This document shows positions 20,445 through 25,811 of a DNA stretch of 25,811 bases, in pieces. Each line of letters opens with the position of its first letter. Within the stretch, counting starts at the first letter, position 1. The stretch spans positions 1 to 25,811 of the forward strand of contig CBFGIV010000030.1 in NCBI GenBank assembly GCA_965648915.1, written 5' to 3'. This DNA is from a candidate division WOR-3 bacterium. GTDB lineage: Bacteria; Hydrothermota; Tepidihabitantia; SM23-42; CAYGYG01. The position numbers and the translations under genes were made by a program. The notes beneath the pieces were generated by a model that was not told the DNA's origin, did no database searches, and saw only the letters and a program-made list of their open reading frames with translations.

Positions 20445-23192
20445 CTATTTTGCTACTACCATCTTTGTCTGCTGCTGGTAGGAACCGGCCTCAAACCTCA
20501 AGAAGTAGACACCCGCTGTTAGATCCCGCACATCCATTCGATAGGTGTGGATACCCGCCTTCAATCGACCACGCACTAAACTCTTCACCAGGCGACCTTC
20601 GACATCATAGAGTCTGAGATTGACCAGATCAGATCCCTCGGTCTCAAAAAGAATCGCCACTCGGTCTGAAACCGGATTCGGCTTTATACCATTGAGACGA
20701 TTCGTATATATCGGCTGGACATAACCCTCTTCAATACCTAATCGGAATGAGGCAATGATTAAACCATTGTCACCCGCCGCAAGATAGATTAAACTTATCC
20801 TCGGCACATAAAGACCATTCACATTACCCGGTGGATCAAGATAACCGATCTCAACCGGACTGTCCGGATTCGTTACATTCACCGCCCGCACCCCACCAGA
20901 ACCATCGGCTAAAAAAACTGTCGCACCATTTAACTCACACTTCAATGCCTCACCCGGTGAATCATACATACCACGCGGCTGGGGACTTGCCGGATTTGAG
21001 ATGTCAACTACCCGTAAACCACCGGCTGAACCATCGGCTAAATACGCCCAGTTTCCACTCACACAGATCCCCTTGGCTATACCCGGACTGTCATAAGAAC
21101 CAACCTCGCGTGGACTTGCCGGATTGGATATGTCAATCACCCTTAAACCCCAGCGACCAGCCGCAACATAGGCATAGTTACCAACGACCGTAATGTCATA
21201 ATAGGTCTGATTCGGACTGAGATAACCAACCTCCACCGGATTCGCCGGATTCGATATCCGCACAATCCTTAAACCCGCCATATTCGCCGCCAGATAGGCT
21301 AAACTGTCCCGGACATACAGACTTACCACACCATCACTCGTTCCCCATTTGCCTAAAAGCACAATGTTGTTCGGATTACTGATATCATAGATCTTTAATG
21401 AACATAAAGCATCGGCAACATACAAGCGATTACCAACGATGAAACTCTTGCGCGCATCGCAGGGGCCGGTCGTCTTGCTGATGTAGTCCGGTAAGGTCGA
21501 GTCCGCAACATTCAAGGCCACCACACCATTCAGGCCATCGGCCATAAAGGCAACATTAGCACCCGAGACCCGCACATCCTCACCCGTGCCATCCGTATCA
21601 TAATGGCCTAACATCGAAAAGTTGGACGAAGCCTGAACCCCGATTAACTGATTACCAATATATGAACCATGGGCAGCAAGTCTTTGATTGGTTGCAGAGA
21701 GGGCGGCAATGTTCAAGCGGATGACCGTATCCAGGTTCGGGGCGGTGAAGATATAGACACCATTGTTGGGTGCATTGCTCGTCAAGACGGTCCAGTATGT
21801 CGAATCGTTACCCCACCAGCGGTTCGGCGCCCACCAGATCTTAACATGGTCGATACCGGTCCCGTTCGTGATCCATTTCATCCGGTACTTCATATTCTTG
21901 AAGAGCGAACGACCGGTCGGCTCGGTTACCTTGATGTTGGCCGTCGATGAACCAGTACCCGGAACAACAGTGATCACATATTCATAGCAGTTTGGTGTCC
22001 AGATCGTCCAGTCAAACTCACCGACCTGCCAGGTATTGTGGACGGTAATCAGTGTATCACCGGGCACAAACTTATAACCGACTGCACAGACCGAGTGGTT
22101 GATGTATTGGCCATTGTAGTAATAGTTGAGCACACACCAGTGGACCGGTCGACCCGCATCAATCTCGGGTCTTAAATAGGTCATCACCGTCTGAGAATTA
22201 CCGCAGTAATAGGAGTTGCTCGTGCAGTTATAGCCATTCTGAGTAAAGACGGTGCGATGACCCGGAGCAATATTCGATACCTGGGTGCCTCCGCTGCTCA
22301 TCGAATCGGTCCCCATTGCACTTGCTAGTTCTTTATGGACATTGGGCAGATTAAAATCCCAGTGTCTTTCAACATTATCCCAGCGATCAAAGAAATGGTC
22401 AACAAAACGTCCATAACCATTGGGATTGATAAACCAGTCCCAGAACCAGAAGATCATCGATGAAGCGGTTGGTGAACAGCCATAACTCCAGAGAGGGACT
22501 GAGGGGACATTCGGCACATAACCATCAAATCGCTCCGGATAATCGATATTACTCAATAATGCATCCCACTTCCCTTTCAATGATACCTTTGACTCACCAA
22601 CGCCACGATAGTTATCAATATCGACTGACTGGAGTGAATAAGAGTGAAGATAGACACTCTTGACACCATCGCTGAACTCAAAGAACTCATTGAGCGGTGT
22701 CAGATAATAGACCCGGACCAGTTCCACCTGTGGACTACCCAGATAAGCCCTTGCCCGCTCATAAGCCCGACTCAAGTTGTAGATGTGGGGCGGAAGAGAG
22801 TTACCGATTGCATAGATCGGATTGCGATCATAACGGGCACCCAGCACAATATTCCCGAACTGATCGGTTCCGAATTTCAATCGCAAGGCCCTGAGATAGA
22901 GATCAAGATCACCACGCGACTGTGCTTCCAGTGCCTCACCTTCCCGGATCATTGCCTCGATCTCTTCCTGGGTTGGGAAATAACTATCACCAATCCTGAA
23001 GGTGAAGATGTATGATGCAACTTCCCGGTTTAAGTCATAACAGGGAAGGATCGGACCCATTGCCACCTCACCCCAGCGGAGCCGGGCACGGGTGAGGGCC
23101 AGAGACCTCAATGTCTCAAAGGGAAGATGGTCGGCGGCAATCAGCAAAGCATTGATACCAAAAACCAGAGCAAACAGAAACAACCTTCTCAT
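20445..23192 (-). CDS. Secreted papain-like (C10/C39-like) cysteine peptidase with LVIVD repeats and T9SS/FlgD-like C-terminal domain
   Basis: Signal peptide; putative triad Cys239 (YGCSPT), His366 (NHSVCAVGY), Asn386 (VHNTW); repeats such as YAYVA...GLRVIDISNPASP; C-terminal PNP...LYDVEGRLV...AGVYF; RBS AAAGGAGG. Confidence 0.78.
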   Translation of the reverse strand: MRRLFLFALVFGINALLIAADHLPFETLRSLALTRARLRWGEVAMGPILPCYDLNREVASYIFTFRIGDSYFPTQEEIEAMIREGEALEAQSRGDLDLYLRALRLKFGTDQFGNIVLGARYDRNPIYAIGNSLPPHIYNLSRAYERARAYLGSPQVELVRVYYLTPLNEFFEFSDGVKSVYLHSYSLQSVDIDNYRGVGESKVSLKGKWDALLSNIDYPERFDGYVPNVPSVPLWSYGCSPTASSMIFWFWDWFINPNGYGRFVDHFFDRWDNVERHWDFNLPNVHKELASAMGTDSMSSGGTQVSNIAPGHRTVFTQNGYNCTSNSYYCGNSQTVMTYLRPEIDAGRPVHWCVLNYYYNGQYINHSVCAVGYKFVPGDTLITVHNTWQVGEFDWTIWTPNCYEYVITVVPGTGSSTANIKVTEPTGRSLFKNMKYRMKWITNGTGIDHVKIWWAPNRWWGNDSTYWTVLTSNAPNNGVYIFTAPNLDTVIRLNIAALSATNQRLAAHGSYIGNQLIGVQASSNFSMLGHYDTDGTGEDVRVSGANVAFMADGLNGVVALNVADSTLPDYISKTTGPCDARKSFIVGNRLYVADALCSLKIYDISNPNNIVLLGKWGTSDGVVSLYVRDSLAYLAANMAGLRIVRISNPANPVEVGYLSPNQTYYDITVVGNYAYVAAGRWGLRVIDISNPASPREVGSYDSPGIAKGICVSGNWAYLADGSAGGLRVVDISNPASPQPRGMYDSPGEALKCELNGATVFLADGSGGVRAVNVTNPDSPVEIGYLDPPGNVNGLYVPRISLIYLAAGDNGLIIASFRLGIEEGYVQPIYTNRLNGIKPNPVSDRVAILFETEGSDLVNLRLYDVEGRLVKSLVRGRLKAGIHTYRMDVRDLTAGVYFLRFEAGSYQQQTKMVVAK
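20760..21600 (-). repeat. Intragenic LVIVD-type tandem repeats (about 42 aa each; approximate bounds)
   Basis: Recurring A(Y/F)(L/V)AD..GL.(V/I).(D/N)(I/V)SNP..P..VG units, visible in DNA as repeated GGACTTGCCGGATT..ATGTCAA. Confidence 0.8.
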
Positions 23193-23246
23193 AAAAACCT
23201 CCTTTCAGTGGCAAGACTGCAGGTTTTATACTTAACTTATATCATC

Positions 23247-23274
23247 ATTATAATCAAATAATTAATGCTGTCAA
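23247..23274 (-). promoter_or_regulatory. Consensus sigma70 promoter for the 915-aa gene
   Basis: Minus strand TTGACA (23274-23269), 16 bp, TATAAT (23252-23247). Confidence 0.8.
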
Positions 23275-23399
23275 GAGTAAAGTGTAGATTGACCTGTATC
23301 CGTTGTATGGACAACCCTTGTTGCTGTCTACCCGGCTTTCCAGTTCATACTGGCGGTGCGGTCAATTTGTGTTTGCCCCCTACAAAAATTAAATTTAAT

Positions 23400-24635
23400 T
23401 TATTCAGTTACCGGTAAAATTATCGTGAATTTTGAACCTTCCCCCAGTCTGCTTTCTACTTTGATCTCGCCCTGGTGTAATTGAACAATATGTTTGACGA
23501 TTGATAAACCAAGGCCGGTTCCGCCCTGCATCCTTGAGCGCGCCTTGTCAACTGTATAAAATCTTTCAAATATCCTTGGAATCTCTTCTGAGGGAATGCC
23601 AATACCGGAATCGGAAACTGTGATATGAAATTTTCCTTTCTCGTATTTTGTAGAAATGTCAACCCATCCTTTCTCGGTAAACTTTAAGGCATTGCTCACT
23701 AAATTGACCAGTAACTGGTGCATCAGAAAACGGTCGCCATAATATTCTGGAATTGAGTCGGGTGAAAAATTCAATCTGAGCCCCTTTGCTTCCGCAGTCT
23801 TACGAAACAATAAAATTACTTCTTCGATCAATTCATTCAAGTTAATTCTTTCCTTATTGATTTTTCGCTTCGTCCTTTCAATATCAGAGAGAACAAGCAG
23901 GTCAGAAACGATATTTGTCAAACGTTCAATATTTTCGTGTACAATTTTAACAAACTTTTCCCTATTCACCGCATCCAGTTCCGGGTCTTCCAGTGCCTCA
24001 ATATAACCCTTTATTGCCGTCAAAGGAGTGCGCAGTTCGTGGGATAGATTGGTAATAAAATCGGCTTTTATCCTCTTAAGATTTTTTGCATCAGTTATGT
24101 CATTGAAGAGATACAGAAAACAGTTCTGGGATTCGAGATAGAATCTATACGCCATAAATGCCTTTCCTAAATCGGGCAGTTCAAATTCCATTATATCAAA
24201 TTTTCCATCATCCAGAGGTTTATTCGTAAATTCTATAAACTCCCGATGCATAATAAGTTCTTGAATCATCCTATTATTTTGAAATGTTTCCTTTCCCCAG
24301 ATATTCTGCATACTGCTACTTATCATAACAATTTCACCGTTTATTTTGGTCAAAACCAATCCCTCTTTCATTCCTGCAAAAAGGGCATTCAGCAGTTCTT
24401 CTTTTTCCTCTAAGGCGGCATTTTTTACCTGCAAAATTTCAGTAAGGGCATTTAAATTTTCAATTAATTTTGCGGTGCTTCCTTTTGGCTTCTTTAAAAT
24501 ACGCGACGAATATTTTGCGTGCAACAGTTCTCCAGTATATTGAATAATCTCTTTTAAATCTTTTTCATACATAAATAGGCGCAGAAGCAAAAAAATTATG
24601 ATGATAATTGAAATTATAATAAGCAGATAGATCAT
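23400..24635 (-). CDS. phoR: Phosphate-regulon sensor histidine kinase (PhoR-like)
   Basis: N-terminal TM, PAS-like region, H-box DFITNLSHELRTPLT, NLVSNALKF, DSGIGI, IFERFY.VDKARSR..GGTGLGL; downstream of phoU and phoB. Confidence 0.85.
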   Translation of the reverse strand: MIYLLIIISIIIIIFLLLRLFMYEKDLKEIIQYTGELLHAKYSSRILKKPKGSTAKLIENLNALTEILQVKNAALEEKEELLNALFAGMKEGLVLTKINGEIVMISSSMQNIWGKETFQNNRMIQELIMHREFIEFTNKPLDDGKFDIMEFELPDLGKAFMAYRFYLESQNCFLYLFNDITDAKNLKRIKADFITNLSHELRTPLTAIKGYIEALEDPELDAVNREKFVKIVHENIERLTNIVSDLLVLSDIERTKRKINKERINLNELIEEVILLFRKTAEAKGLRLNFSPDSIPEYYGDRFLMHQLLVNLVSNALKFTEKGWVDISTKYEKGKFHITVSDSGIGIPSEEIPRIFERFYTVDKARSRMQGGTGLGLSIVKHIVQLHQGEIKVESRLGEGSKFTIILPVTE

Positions 24636-25309
24636 TCGGAATCCAATTTGTACCCAACACCCCTGATGGTTTTGATAAAATTACCCCCGGGACCGAGTTT
24701 TTTTCTTAGATTGGTTATATGAACATCAATATTGCGATCAAGTATAGTTTTGCCAATGACATCAAGGAGGTTATCCCTTGTAAAGACCCTTCCTGGGTTT
24801 TTCATCAAACAATAAAGAATTTTAAATTCAGTCGCAGATAGATCTATTTCTCTTTCTTTATAGAAAACCTTGTGTTTTTTTACCCCCATAACGAGTTCAT
24901 TAAATTTTAAGACTTCTTCGGTCGTTTCCTCAGAAATAGTTCGGCGTAATATTGCCTTTATTCTTGCAATCAATTCCCTTGGGCTGAATGGTTTCACGAT
25001 ATAGTCATCAGCACCGAGTTCAAGCCCCAGAACTCTATCTACTTCTTCACCTTTTGCCGTAAGAATAATTATTGGCAATTTCTTTGTTTGTTCTCTTACC
25101 CTTACTTCCTTACAGATTTCAAATCCATCAATATCCGGTAGCATTAAATCGAGGATTAAAAGGTCAGCAGGATTTTTCACTAAATAATTCAAACCTTCAT
25201 AACCATTAATAAAACCCTCTACAGAAAATCCATTCTTTTCAAGATTAAAACGAATTAAATCAAGTATTGCCGGGTCATCTTCAATGACGACAATCTTTTC
25301 TCTTGCCAT
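24632..25309 (-). CDS. phoB: OmpR-family response regulator (PhoB/PhoP-like)
   Basis: IEDD, LDLMLP, LTAKGEEVDRVLGLELGADDY, KPFS, winged helix DRNIDVHITNLRKKL..IKTIRGVGY; ATGA overlap with the kinase. Confidence 0.88.
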   Translation of the reverse strand: MAREKIVVIEDDPAILDLIRFNLEKNGFSVEGFINGYEGLNYLVKNPADLLILDLMLPDIDGFEICKEVRVREQTKKLPIIILTAKGEEVDRVLGLELGADDYIVKPFSPRELIARIKAILRRTISEETTEEVLKFNELVMGVKKHKVFYKEREIDLSATEFKILYCLMKNPGRVFTRDNLLDVIGKTILDRNIDVHITNLRKKLGPGGNFIKTIRGVGYKLDSE

Positions 25310-25338
25310 AAAGACCTGTATCTAATAATAGCCAATAT

Positions 25339-25684
25339 CTATTTTTGGTCAATAGATTGCTTTATAAGCTCGCCTTTGGTCATATAGATAATGTCTTCAC
25401 AGATATTGACGGTTAAATCGGCGATACGCTCGAGGTCTCTACCAATCAATAATGCGGAGATTGCATTACTTGACATCGAATGATAACTATCTATAACATT
25501 AATAACTTCATCAGTCAATTCTTTGAGTTCTTTATCAACAAATTTATCCTGATTGATGACTGCTGCTAAGTTACTGGTATCATTGGTGGTAAATGCATTG
25601 AATGTATCTTTAAACATCTTTTGAACAGTGGCAAACATATTTTTCAAATTTTTAAAATTATTTAATGAGACATATGAAGATATA
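25339..25684 (-). pseudogene. phoU: 3' half of phoU, interrupted at its 5' side by an IS
   Basis: Only the second PhoU repeat is present (D.FVD...LLIGRDLERIADLTVNICEDIIYM.KG). The frame runs to 25684, then enters an IS terminal repeat, with an in-frame TGA just upstream. Confidence 0.8.
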
Positions 25685-25737
25685 GGTTGTGTCCCGATAT
25701 TCGTGGAAATTCATAATAACACAACCTTAACGGCGAT

Positions 25738-25765
25738 ATTATAATCATTTAAGCCACCTTCTCAA
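25738..25765 (-). promoter_or_regulatory. Outward-facing promoter in the IS end
   Basis: Minus strand TTGAGA (25765-25760), 16 bp, TATAAT (25743-25738), pointing into phoU'-phoB-phoR. Confidence 0.6.
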
Positions 25766-25811
25766 TCTTTTTCTTAATCACTCCAGACATATCACGCCAG
25801 CCGGGAATCTT
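25749..25811 (-). CDS. C-terminal 20 aa of probable IS256-family transposase (partial)
   Basis: KIPGWRDMSGVIKKKIEKVA-stop, open to the window edge and followed by an IS-like IR; resembles the ..(R/K)I.G(Y/W).. tail of IS256 transposases. Confidence 0.55.
   Translation of the reverse strand, partial: KIPGWRDMSGVIKKKIEKVA

Larger units (their letters stand above)
25685..25811 (-). mobile_element. Right end of probable IS256-family insertion sequence (extends beyond window)
   Basis: Terminal repeat GGTTGTGTCCCGATATTCGTGGAAATT (25685-25711, + strand) has the G.....GTCC........GTG.AA pattern I recall for IS256 IRs. It lies shortly after the stop of an ORF tail and coincides with the phoU breakpoint. 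Confidence 0.7.

Noticed and set aside
20760..21600. DNA repeats with about 125-130 bp period as a CRISPR array or DGR template/variable repeats
   Set aside because: They are degenerate in-frame LVIVD protein repeats; there are no identical repeats with unique spacers, and no cas or reverse transcriptase gene.
25339..25647. 102-aa ORF as an intact gene
   Set aside because: It covers only one of the two PhoU repeats, its TTG start has no clear RBS, and the frame continues upstream to the IS junction.

Overview
Bacterial chromosomal window, mostly housekeeping. The lineage is probably Gram-negative and FCB-associated or a candidate phylum such as WOR-3, inferred from T9SS/FlgD-like C-terminal domains and a secretin. 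Plus strand: 5'-truncated priA, truA, tgt, a small excisionase-type HTH gene heading a pilMNOPQ type IV pilus operon (with terminator), rsmD, coaD, obgE, a HEAT-repeat gene, dprA, gcvT, uvrB and a secreted CTD-bearing protein. Minus strand: an accD / orphan sugar-ABC ATPase / PBP1A unit, a 915-aa secreted papain-like peptidase with LVIVD repeats, and an AT-richer phoU'-phoB-phoR block. Four observations stand out. (1) Seven sigma70-like promoters all have a 16-bp -35/-10 spacer, and two of them appear leaderless. (2) phoU is cut by the end of an IS256-family element, and that end carries an outward-facing promoter aimed at phoBR. (3) An HTH_17 gene leads the pilus operon and a HEAT-repeat gene is translationally coupled to dprA, giving two candidate competence components. 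(4) TGT has an atypical base-binding pocket. No rRNA, tRNA or CRISPR array was seen. All calls come from motif recognition by eye; no database searches were run.
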